Source: Bacteroidales bacterium
GTDB taxonomy: Bacteria; Bacteroidota; Bacteroidia; Bacteroidales; JAADJA01
Length of the DNA stretch: 64,000 nucleotides
Reading direction: 5' to 3'
NCBI GenBank assembly: GCA_020438135.1
Contig: JAGQVF010000025.1
Span: 2,108 to 66,107 of the forward strand
The translations under genes and the position numbers were made by a program. Every line of letters starts with the position of its first letter. The stretch's first letter is position 1. The notes under the pieces were generated by a model that was given only the letters and a program-made list of their open reading frames with translations, did no database searches and was not told the DNA's origin. Below are positions 56,405 through 64,000 of this stretch, piece by piece.

Positions 56405-57538
56405 ATGAAAAAGCTTTTAAATATTGTAATTATTCTCTTCTGTATAGGGTCTTCCCAATTGCCCGCACAGGTAAGCATTCCCTTTTATAAACATTTTACG
56501 GGTTTGCTCGATACCAATATGTTTATTGTTCTCGATTTACAATCGGATGGCGAAAGCCTTTCAGGGCAATACAATTACAGGTTTTCAGTAGAAGGAAGTG
56601 CAAATGAATTCTATTTTGGAAAGACGGTTCCTGTTGAAGGGGAGATTGAGGGTGAATCGCTGACGTTTCGTGATTACAATTCCGAGGATTCGGAATTTTC
56701 GTGTACTTTTTCCGGTAGTTCCGTGATTTCAGGAACCTGGCAGGGTGGGAAACCTGTCAAGGAAATTCCGTTTACACTTTTAGAGAATTATACAGACGGA
56801 AGTTTCCCCCTAAAAACACTACACCTCGACCGGTCGCATAACCTGCTTGAAGGAGATGAGTTTGCATCGATAAGTCCTCAGGCCCACATTAAGATCTTTT
56901 TACTCTATCCTGAATCCAATGCCAACCGTCAGCTAAAGGATACACTTGATATGGTAATTGCGGGTTTTATGAGAGATACGAGCGAAATCATCAAATCACC
57001 AGAGTTGTTTTTAGAGAATATCGTTTTTGATTTTTTTCAATCTTATGTGGAGATCACCGAAGGAATTGAAGACTTCACTAATGTAGCCTCCTTCAACTGG
57101 AACAAAGAGTATAAAATAGAAGTACTGAATAACCAGTTTAACATCCTGTCGCTCAAATTCACAAAATATGCATATACAGGAGGTGCTCATGGCATCAGTA
57201 TTATCCGTCATGAGGTATTCGACACGAAAAAAAACAGACGTATAAACATCAAAGATTTTATTAAACAGGAAAAGATTGAATCGCTATCGGTTCTACTTGA
57301 AAAAAAACTCCGGAAACTGAATGGTATTCTTGCTGATGAAAGTTTGAGAGATGCAGGTTTTTTAGTAGACTCGATCGGGGTAAATGATAATTTCTTCATC
57401 AACACATATGGAGTTGGCTTTTTTTATAACACCTACGAAATTGCTCCTTATGCATCAGGAACTACCGCGCTTTTTATTCCTTTCAGTGAGATCAATGACC
57501 TTCTTAAGCCCGGTCATCCCTTTACATGGTTAAAATAA
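56405..57538 (+). CDS. Secreted DUF3298/DUF4163-type (RsiV/PdaC-like) protein
   Basis: YAYTGGAHGISI is the hallmark YxGGAHG motif. The start is taken at MKKLLNIV; the track start is 56324. Confidence 0.7.
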   Translation: MKKLLNIVIILFCIGSSQLPAQVSIPFYKHFTGLLDTNMFIVLDLQSDGESLSGQYNYRFSVEGSANEFYFGKTVPVEGEIEGESLTFRDYNSEDSEFSCTFSGSSVISGTWQGGKPVKEIPFTLLENYTDGSFPLKTLHLDRSHNLLEGDEFASISPQAHIKIFLLYPESNANRQLKDTLDMVIAGFMRDTSEIIKSPELFLENIVFDFFQSYVEITEGIEDFTNVASFNWNKEYKIEVLNNQFNILSLKFTKYAYTGGAHGISIIRHEVFDTKKNRRINIKDFIKQEKIESLSVLLEKKLRKLNGILADESLRDAGFLVDSIGVNDNFFINTYGVGFFYNTYEIAPYASGTTALFIPFSEINDLLKPGHPFTWLK

Positions 57539-58231
57539 CTCCTCTGCAAATTCAGCACCATGTCCTTTTAGGTGAAAATGCTTTCTGAATCGCCACAAAA
57601 CAAAATAAATGACCGGTGTATCGAGCAAAGCAACGATCACTTTAAATAAAAATCCATTCAGAAGCAAACCTCCGAAATATTGCCATTCGATAATACGGAA
57701 TGAACAAAGCAGAAATAACACTGCAAATGTGTCGATAAACTGCGAAGTAAATGTAGAAGCATTATTTCGCAACCAGAGATGTTTGCCTTTGGTAAGTTTC
57801 TTCCAGAAATGAAACAATTGCACATCAATGAATTGGGCGGTAAGATAGGCAACCATTGAAGCCCCGACCCCGATAAAAGTTACACCAAACACATGGTGAA
57901 ATTCGTCATCGTTTACAGGCGACCAGGGTGTGGCCACCGAAAGATCTGCGATCAAAACAATCAATAGGGTGAAAACGCTGGCAAACAAACCGGCCATTAC
58001 TACACGGTTGGCCCTTTTTTTACCATAAATCTCAGATATGATATCAGTTACCAGGAATGTGACCGGATAGGGAATGATCCCTACAGAAATCTCAAAAACA
58101 TACCAGCCAAAGGCATTAAACTGAAAAAACTTCTGAAAGATCAGGTTGCTCGTAACCAGTGAAGCGATAAAAATGGCTGCCAGCACGAGGTAAAAATTGT
58201 TGGCCTGTATCAGTTTTTTCCGGTCGTTCAA
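57530..58231 (-). CDS. yhhQ: Queuosine-precursor (preQ0/preQ1) transporter, YhhQ/VUT family
   Basis: 233 aa with 6 TM helices. YPVTFLVTDIISEIYGKKRA and the FIDT block are typical of this family. The apparent start is TTG. Confidence 0.8.
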   Translation of the reverse strand: MNDRKKLIQANNFYLVLAAIFIASLVTSNLIFQKFFQFNAFGWYVFEISVGIIPYPVTFLVTDIISEIYGKKRANRVVMAGLFASVFTLLIVLIADLSVATPWSPVNDDEFHHVFGVTFIGVGASMVAYLTAQFIDVQLFHFWKKLTKGKHLWLRNNASTFTSQFIDTFAVLFLLCSFRIIEWQYFGGLLLNGFLFKVIVALLDTPVIYFVLWRFRKHFHLKGHGAEFAEELF

Positions 58232-58280
58232 ATTGTATTTTTTTATTTGCTTTTAAGTTGATGTAGTGGGCGAAATATTC

Positions 58281-58350
58281 AAAAAAAGCAAATTCCAAAT
58301 GATCAGATCTCTCAGGGTTTGATTCTGTAAGATTTTACCATTTGGAATTT
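58281..58350 (-). terminator. Long hairpin plus U-run (a terminator for the upstream operon or an attenuator for yhhQ)
   Basis: The 12-bp perfect arms are 58290..58301 (AAATTCCAAATG) and 58339..58350 (CATTTGGAATTT), with a 37-nt loop. On the minus transcript the stem is followed by GC-UUUUUUU. Confidence 0.5.
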
Positions 58351-58381
58351 ACAAATTCTTTTTGCCTAAAAATATTAGATG

Positions 58382-60463
58382 TTATTTACGGATCGGTAAA
58401 AATGAATACGCTTCAGAATAGTGCATCATTTGTTCCGTATAGTCATCACCATATACGATTTTTACGTCACTGATCCCATCTCCATCCCTCACAAGTTCAA
58501 AAGATGGGTTGATAAAACCACCATAAGGAGCAATGTTTAGCTTATCGAAACGCTCTTTCATCTCTTTATGTAAGTCATAGTTTACGCGAATACCATATGT
58601 TTCAACGAGATTTTTACCGGCTTCGTAATCTCCTTCGGATTTAATCCGTTGCACTTCTGCCAGCAGCGTTCCGAATAGATCGCGCAATTTCTGGTAGTCG
58701 TTAATCTTGAAATAGGTTTTGCCATCCTTATCAATCTTTTCGATCACATTGTCGGCTCTGCCTTGTTCATAACACCAATACGAAATCAGTTGACGATTGC
58801 GCATATGTGCCTGTTCGATATTTTTGCCCAGCTCGATCCTTGCCAATTGGGTCATCATTCCGTTTCGGATATAACCGTTATATTCAGCCTTTGCTACATC
58901 CAAATTTGGCATAATGCCCAGTTCAACCATTTTGTCGTCCATCAGGTAATAAAGGGCAAACAGGTCGGCACGGGTTTCTTCAAGTGTTGAGCTGTAATTT
59001 TTGAGCGCCTCCGGACTGGTGCCCGGCAACAATTGTCCCGAACCGTGGCCCAGGCACTCATGAAGATCGGTATGAAGATTTCCGGCAATGGGTCCGTATT
59101 TTTTAGCCAGTTCTATTTCTTCAGGCGAATAACAAAACTCCTGCAGGAAACCGTTGCCAAGTGAAGCTTTATCATAAGCATAGGTTATGTTTTCGAGGGT
59201 TACCGATTTTGAACCGTGTTGTTTCCTGATCCAGTCCGCATTTGGTAAATTTATTCCGATTGGAGTGGATGGGTAACAATCCCCACCCAGTTGAACCGCT
59301 GTGATTACTTTTGCACTTACCCCTTTTACTTCTTCCTTTTTGAAGCGTTCATCAACAGGCGAATGATCTTCGAACCATTGTGCATTGCCACTGATGATCT
59401 CGGTGCGGCGCGTCGCTTCAATATCTTTAAAATTCACAACCGATTCCCAGGTAGCTTTCATCCCGAGCGGATCGTTATAGTTTTCGGTAAACCCGTTCAC
59501 AAAATCAACCCTCGAATCCAGGTCATCCACCCAAAGCACATTATACTCGTCGTAAACCTTCAAATCTCCGGTGCGATAAAATTCAACCAGTTTGTCAATC
59601 ACCGCTTTTTGTTGCGGGTTCTCAGCAACTCCGGCGGCTTTCTCAAGCCAGAAAACCACTTTCTCTAGTGCCGGAGAATAAAGTCCACCGATTTTATAAG
59701 TCTCCTCTTTTACCACACCACCTTCTTTAACCAGTTTCGAATTTAAACCATAAGCGATAGGTGTCTCATCATCCGGATCTTTCATTTGACGATAAAAGGC
59801 TTCTGCCTCTTTTTGATTGACACCTTCATAAAAATTAACGGCAGAACTTTTTACCATATCCTGTTCCGGATCGAGGTTGATCTTTTTCGGAGCAATTTCA
59901 GGATCGAACAAAAGCGAAGTCATTTCCGGGATAAACTGTGCAAGTGATTGGCTATCCTTCAGCGGAAATTCAGCATCGGGGGAGTTTTGTACCAATTCCT
60001 GGAAATATTTATCAGAAAATCCGGGCATAAATTTGTCCGTTGAATAGTGGTGGTGGATCCCGTTCGAAAACCACACCCTTTTTAAATAGACCACGAAATT
60101 TTTAAAATCCTTGGTTTCACGATCACCGTTGTAATTTTTATATATTTCTTCAAGTGTTTTCCTGATCTTCAGGTTGTATTTATAATTCTGATCGTAGATG
60201 ATATCCCTTCCACATCGGGCCGATTCGCTGAGGTAATACAGTAAAAGTTTCTGATTCTTACTCAATTCCTCAAAACCAGGTACTTTGTAGCGCATGATTT
60301 TAAGGTCGGCAAATTGTTCCAACAGAAATGTAAAATCATCTTTTTGTTCTGTCTTGTCTTCCATTTTTTCGTCCATCTCGTTGTTGTTAACGTTCTTGTT
60401 TGTGTTGTTGCATGATGTTGCCAAAAGAATTACAACAATCAGCAGGTGAATCTGTTTTTTCAT
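58382..60463 (-). CDS. M49 family peptidase (dipeptidyl-peptidase III-like) lipoprotein
   Basis: HECLGHGSG is the HExxGH motif and LEETRADL is the EExRAE/D motif. The lipobox is LATSC. The ATG overlaps the upstream stop (ATGA). Confidence 0.85.
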   Translation of the reverse strand: MKKQIHLLIVVILLATSCNNTNKNVNNNEMDEKMEDKTEQKDDFTFLLEQFADLKIMRYKVPGFEELSKNQKLLLYYLSESARCGRDIIYDQNYKYNLKIRKTLEEIYKNYNGDRETKDFKNFVVYLKRVWFSNGIHHHYSTDKFMPGFSDKYFQELVQNSPDAEFPLKDSQSLAQFIPEMTSLLFDPEIAPKKINLDPEQDMVKSSAVNFYEGVNQKEAEAFYRQMKDPDDETPIAYGLNSKLVKEGGVVKEETYKIGGLYSPALEKVVFWLEKAAGVAENPQQKAVIDKLVEFYRTGDLKVYDEYNVLWVDDLDSRVDFVNGFTENYNDPLGMKATWESVVNFKDIEATRRTEIISGNAQWFEDHSPVDERFKKEEVKGVSAKVITAVQLGGDCYPSTPIGINLPNADWIRKQHGSKSVTLENITYAYDKASLGNGFLQEFCYSPEEIELAKKYGPIAGNLHTDLHECLGHGSGQLLPGTSPEALKNYSSTLEETRADLFALYYLMDDKMVELGIMPNLDVAKAEYNGYIRNGMMTQLARIELGKNIEQAHMRNRQLISYWCYEQGRADNVIEKIDKDGKTYFKINDYQKLRDLFGTLLAEVQRIKSEGDYEAGKNLVETYGIRVNYDLHKEMKERFDKLNIAPYGGFINPSFELVRDGDGISDVKIVYGDDYTEQMMHYSEAYSFLPIRK

Positions 60464-61227
60464 TTGATTTTATCTTTTAAGTAATAATCTTCCCAAACAG
60501 GTAACACATTTGTTGTGTTCGATTTAAGTGCAAAAATCATATCCGCTTCATAGCCGATCTTTTTTAATCGTTGGTAATGCTGCGATTTCCGGAGAAAACC
60601 TGCCAGGTCGGCTTTGGCTCTTTCCCACATGGTGAATGCAGCTAACGCAGTATCCGATGAAATTTCAAACAAACCTGAAATTACCAGGCTTTCGGTAAAA
60701 GCCCCCGCGAATAATGAGTCTTCTATACTAAAATCCCCTTTCCATCCTGCGCATTGAATAAGCAGATCTTTTGGCTCCATAGAAAGATGTTCGATCAGCT
60801 TTCCAATATTACAAAACGATCCGATTAAAACTTCATCGTATCCTTTAACTGCATTGATTGCTCGTGTGCCATTTGTGGTAGTGATTACCAGATTTTTTCT
60901 GGTTAATTTTTTCGGGAAACCCAATGGTGAATTCCCATAATCACAAAAATCAAGTTTAATTCCATCCCTTTCGCCTGCAACCAGGAATCCTTTTCTCTTG
61001 TAGTCGATTGCTTCATTTTCTTCAACAACCGGTATCACTTTTTTGATTCCCCTCTGGAAAGCCGCACAAATTGTTGTTGATGCTCTGAACACATCAACCA
61101 CCACAGCAATAGAACTTCTATCACTTGCAATTTCACTGAATGCTGCAGGAGTATAACTTACCCTGATTTTTCGTTTGATTGTATTGTTTCCCAAGTTAGT
61201 TCTTTTGGTAAAAGGAACAACCGGCAT
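60460..61227 (-). CDS. 2-phosphosulfolactate phosphatase (ComB) family protein
   Basis: VVVDVFRASTTI, TTTNGT and the overall length fit the family. An alternative TTG start at 61194 would remove the 32-nt overlap with the upstream gene. Confidence 0.75.
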   Translation of the reverse strand: MPVVPFTKRTNLGNNTIKRKIRVSYTPAAFSEIASDRSSIAVVVDVFRASTTICAAFQRGIKKVIPVVEENEAIDYKRKGFLVAGERDGIKLDFCDYGNSPLGFPKKLTRKNLVITTTNGTRAINAVKGYDEVLIGSFCNIGKLIEHLSMEPKDLLIQCAGWKGDFSIEDSLFAGAFTESLVISGLFEISSDTALAAFTMWERAKADLAGFLRKSQHYQRLKKIGYEADMIFALKSNTTNVLPVWEDYYLKDKIK

Positions 61228-61897
61228 GCAGACATTGTTGATTCAAAGAGGAGAAATCACAGCGTGCCTCTGAAAGTGGTAAACTCACTGAAAACTCTTC
61301 CTGAATAAATTTTGAAGCTTCAGCAATAGCTGTAAAACTATCTCTTTTACAGCATCTGGGACCTCCCTTATCGGCAATCATTAACAAGGTTCTTCCGGTG
61401 ATACGGTTGGCGAGTTGCCACGATTTGCCTGATAGGGGAGTGGCTCCGGTAATTAAGCTAACAAAAATACCTACCCCAACCGCAGCACCACAGTTTCCAT
61501 GTGAACCACAAAATCCACCCGGAACTTTTTCAGCTCTGAATTTTGCTTTGTATAATTTGAGTTTTTTCATTTCTTCATCTCCGGTATGGTTGTAATAAGC
61601 AGCAAGTAAAACAGCAGGAACCAAAAAATGATGTTCCGGGCCATGCATTTTTACCTGGGGCTGGTTCATTAATAAACGGGCAATAGCCACCGGATCCGAT
61701 TGGTGTGTATTTTCACAGAACTGAAGGATTAGTTCATTGGCATCAGAACTATGACAGGCATCACAAATAAAATGATCCTTGCGGCAGGTAACAGCAGTAA
61801 CTACTTCATTTTTACAAATGAAGCAGGTACTCAGGCGTGGTCTGTCAGAATAAACAAGATCGCTGCCGCAAACCGTGCATCCTGTTTTATGTGCCAT
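61196..61897 (-). CDS. Cysteine-rich putative metal-binding protein (DUF5714-like)
   Basis: The N-terminal zinc-ribbon-like pairs are CTVCG...CFICK...CDAC. Also present are GPEHHFLVP, CGSHGNCGAA, RCCKRD and the C-terminal C...C...C. The family name is from memory. Confidence 0.55.
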   Translation of the reverse strand: MAHKTGCTVCGSDLVYSDRPRLSTCFICKNEVVTAVTCRKDHFICDACHSSDANELILQFCENTHQSDPVAIARLLMNQPQVKMHGPEHHFLVPAVLLAAYYNHTGDEEMKKLKLYKAKFRAEKVPGGFCGSHGNCGAAVGVGIFVSLITGATPLSGKSWQLANRITGRTLLMIADKGGPRCCKRDSFTAIAEASKFIQEEFSVSLPLSEARCDFSSLNQQCLHAGCSFYQKN

Positions 61898-61898
61898 A

Positions 61899-63002
61899 TC
61901 AGGATTTGTAAAAGGGTATTTTTACAATTTTTGCTTTTAATAATTTATTTCGAATACGGATAAATATATCGTTATCAAAGCCGGCAAATTCCGAACTAAC
62001 ATATCCCATTCCTATCGCTTTTCCAAGTGATGGTGACATTGTTCCCGAGGTCACTTCACCGATTAAATTTCCATCTTTACTTAATATTTCATAATGGGGC
62101 CTTGGAATACCTTTATCGATCATTTCAAAACCACGCAATCTTCTTTTTAATCCTTCCTCCTTTTGTTTCAAAAGAAAATCTTTATCGATGAAATTGTTGT
62201 TATCATTTAGTTTGGTGATCCATCCCAGCCCGGCTTCAAGAGGGGAGGTTGAATCGGTAATGTCGTTCCCATAGAGGCAAAACCCCATTTCTAACCGTAA
62301 AGTATCACGCGCACCCAGTCCTATCGGTTTAATATCAAATTCTTCACCTGCTTCAAATACTCTTTTCCAAATCTTTTCGGCATGTTGGTTTTCGAAATAT
62401 ATTTCACATCCTCCGGCACCGGTATACCCGGTAGTGGAAAAGATCACATCATTTACTCCGCCGAAATTCAGTACTTTGAAGGTGTAATATTCCATATCGA
62501 CCACTGCTTCGTCCGTCAGTTTTTGCATGGCTTTTAACGCATTGGGCCCCTGAATGGCGAGTTGGGAAATATCATCGGAGACATTTACAATATCTTTACC
62601 CGGTTCAAGTCCTCTTTCTTTTGCCTTATCAACCAGCCAATTCCAGTCCTTTTCAATATTTGCAGCATTGATCACCAGCAAATATTTTTCCTGGTTAAAT
62701 CGATATACGAGAAGATCATCGACTATTCCACCCTTTCCATTTGGGAAACAGGAATACTGCACCTTGCCGTCGAACAGCGCCTTCACATCATTGGAAGTTA
62801 CCCATTGCACAAATTCCTCAGCCTTAGGGCCATAAACCCACACTTCACCCATATGCGATACGTCAAAAACACCCACTGATTCCCTCACAGCGAGATGTTC
62901 CCTGATCAATCCCTCATATTGAATAGGCATATAAAAACCGGCAAACTCAACCATTTTGGCCCCGGCCTTTTCGTGTAATTCTTTAAATGCAGTATGTTTC
63001 AT
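61899..63002 (-). CDS. gcvT: Glycine cleavage system aminomethyltransferase (T protein)
   Basis: 367 aa. The matching blocks are GVFDVSHMGE, LLVINAAN, GYTGAGGCEI and ARDTLRLE. Confidence 0.93.
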   Translation of the reverse strand: MKHTAFKELHEKAGAKMVEFAGFYMPIQYEGLIREHLAVRESVGVFDVSHMGEVWVYGPKAEEFVQWVTSNDVKALFDGKVQYSCFPNGKGGIVDDLLVYRFNQEKYLLVINAANIEKDWNWLVDKAKERGLEPGKDIVNVSDDISQLAIQGPNALKAMQKLTDEAVVDMEYYTFKVLNFGGVNDVIFSTTGYTGAGGCEIYFENQHAEKIWKRVFEAGEEFDIKPIGLGARDTLRLEMGFCLYGNDITDSTSPLEAGLGWITKLNDNNNFIDKDFLLKQKEEGLKRRLRGFEMIDKGIPRPHYEILSKDGNLIGEVTSGTMSPSLGKAIGMGYVSSEFAGFDNDIFIRIRNKLLKAKIVKIPFYKS

Positions 63003-63024
63003 TATCCTTGTTTTTAATGAAGAG

Positions 63025-63032
63025 GCAAATGT
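63025..63032 (-). promoter_or_regulatory. -7 promoter box (TACATTTG on the minus strand) for gcvT
   Basis: CAAATGTA lies 23 nt upstream of the 63002 start. Confidence 0.4.
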
Positions 63033-63233
63033 ATAAAAAATGTGTGCGGTGATAAATTATTGATTGAAAAAATGGTAATCCTTTCCTGACATTATCCCTT
63101 GTGTCATTTGAGCAGTTCTGTTTCATATATTGGAAAAGTTTTTTGGCAGAAAGCAAAATAAGTCAGAGATGACTTGCAAAATGTTCTCCGATTCAACAAA
63201 GACTGCGCTTCTTGCAAACATTCTATATTATCG

Positions 63234-63241
63234 TACTTTTG
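63234..63241 (+). promoter_or_regulatory. -7 promoter box TACTTTTG
   Basis: It lies 18 nt upstream of the ATG at 63259. Confidence 0.4.
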
Positions 63242-63258
63242 CAATCAAAGAAACTCGG

Positions 63259-64000
63259 ATGCGAATCACCAATCAAAATATGCCGCGCTGGTTGATCTTC
63301 CTGATCGATATGGGCATCATTACCTTTTCGGTTTTTCTGGCCTATATGCTTCGTTTCAATTTCCATGTGCCGGATCATGAGATAAAGGAGTGGCCGAAGG
63401 TTTTTGCTTTGGTATTGGGTGTACGTGGTGTCAGTTTTCTCATCTCCAAAACCTATGCAGGAATCATCCGGTTTACCTCCACTGAAGATGCCATCCGGAT
63501 TTTTTTGGTAAATCTCAGTGGAAGCATAATTTTTACGATTCTCAACCTTATTTCATTTTATTTTATTAATGAAAGTCACCTTGTACCTTTTTCTGTGGTG
63601 ATCATTGAATTTATGGCAGCTACTTTTGCTATGGTCACTTTTCGAATCCTGGTTAAGGTAGCTTATCTCGAATTGCTAAATCCAGGTGGCAGGGCCTCAT
63701 ATGTAATCATTTTCGGAGCAGGAGAGGCCGGAATTATTACCAAACGATCACTTGAGAGAGATGTCGGAACAAAATATAAGATTCTTGCATTTATCGACGA
63801 TGATAAAAACAAACAGGGGAAAAAACTGGAAGGGATCAACATTTATGCTTTCGACAAGCTCGAATCTTTACTCGATAAAAACCGGGTGGAGATGCTGATC
63901 ATCGCCGTTCAAAAATTAAAAGCAGGGAAAAAACAAGATATTGTAGACGTCTGTTTGCCCCATGAAACAAGGGTGCTATCAGTACCTCCGGTCTCAAACT
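63259..64000 (+). CDS. CapD/WbpM/PglF-type polysaccharide biosynthesis protein (membrane-anchored nucleotide-sugar dehydratase). It is partial and continues past the right edge.
   Basis: My translation reads MRITNQNMPRWLIFLIDMGIITFSVFLAYMLRFNF...IIFGAGEAGIITKRSL...ILAFIDDDKNKQGKKLEGI. It shows four TM helices followed by a Rossmann start. The ORF is not in the track because it is open at the edge. Confidence 0.8.
   Translation, partial: MRITNQNMPRWLIFLIDMGIITFSVFLAYMLRFNFHVPDHEIKEWPKVFALVLGVRGVSFLISKTYAGIIRFTSTEDAIRIFLVNLSGSIIFTILNLISFYFINESHLVPFSVVIIEFMAATFAMVTFRILVKVAYLELLNPGGRASYVIIFGAGEAGIITKRSLERDVGTKYKILAFIDDDKNKQGKKLEGINIYAFDKLESLLDKNRVEMLIIAVQKLKAGKKQDIVDVCLPHETRVLSVPPVSN

Noticed and set aside
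63003-63258. A glycine riboswitch was expected upstream of gcvT.
   Set aside because: A -7 box sits only 23 nt from the ATG. I could not find the conserved glycine-aptamer core (GGAGAG...CACCG-type elements) on the minus strand. The small hairpin AAGTCA-gaga-TGACTT at about 63163..63178 is too short to interpret.
1-64000. A search for CRISPR arrays, IS elements, integrases, prophage genes and rRNA.
   Set aside because: I found no regularly spaced direct repeats, no transposase, integrase or recombinase motifs in any long ORF, and no rRNA-like sequence.

Overview
This is a dense 64-kb chromosomal segment that looks like Bacteroidota. The evidence is one protein with a T9SS C-terminal sorting domain, many lipobox lipoproteins, and a recurrent TAnnTTTG -7 promoter box 10-60 nt upstream of start codons. 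I support about 55 protein-coding genes and one tRNA-Leu(TAG). I saw no CRISPR array, transposase, integrase, rRNA or phage genes.

Recognisable content, left to right:
- An ECF sigma factor with an adjacent Ser/Thr kinase, then glgB.
- A Phe/Tyr-to-homogentisate catabolic cluster: aromatic amino acid hydroxylase, hmgA, hppD, fahA, a flavin-reductase-like gene and a divergent OYE reductase.
- Pyruvate kinase and an M1 aminopeptidase.
- A selenium module: selU plus a NifS::SelD fusion.
- A UvrD-type helicase, an SSS symporter, an NlpC/P60 peptidase and pcm.
- Envelope and polysaccharide genes.
- tig-clpP-clpX, followed by tRNA-Leu.
- A GT39/ArnT-like glycosyltransferase.
- A queuosine-precursor transporter, downstream of an apparent gcvT / Cys-rich protein / ComB-like / M49 peptidase operon.
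- A truncated CapD-like gene at the right edge.

I found no recognisable defence or mobile system. The candidates I consider most worth a second look are:
1. A roughly 220-aa C-terminal module with two dockerin/EF-hand-like loops. It is shared almost end to end by two otherwise unrelated secreted proteins 12 kb apart.
2. Three tandem, separately terminated paralogous lipoprotein genes at 39.8-43.0 kb.
3. A divergent pair of orphan genes at 16.2-18.3 kb, separated by an AT-rich spacer strongly enriched in TTAAG(C) motifs.
4. A 12-bp perfect inverted repeat with a U-run immediately upstream of the queuosine-precursor transporter.
5. A Tat-exported DUF362 protein coupled to an unknown secreted partner.

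All functional calls come from reading motifs in the supplied translations. No database search was run.
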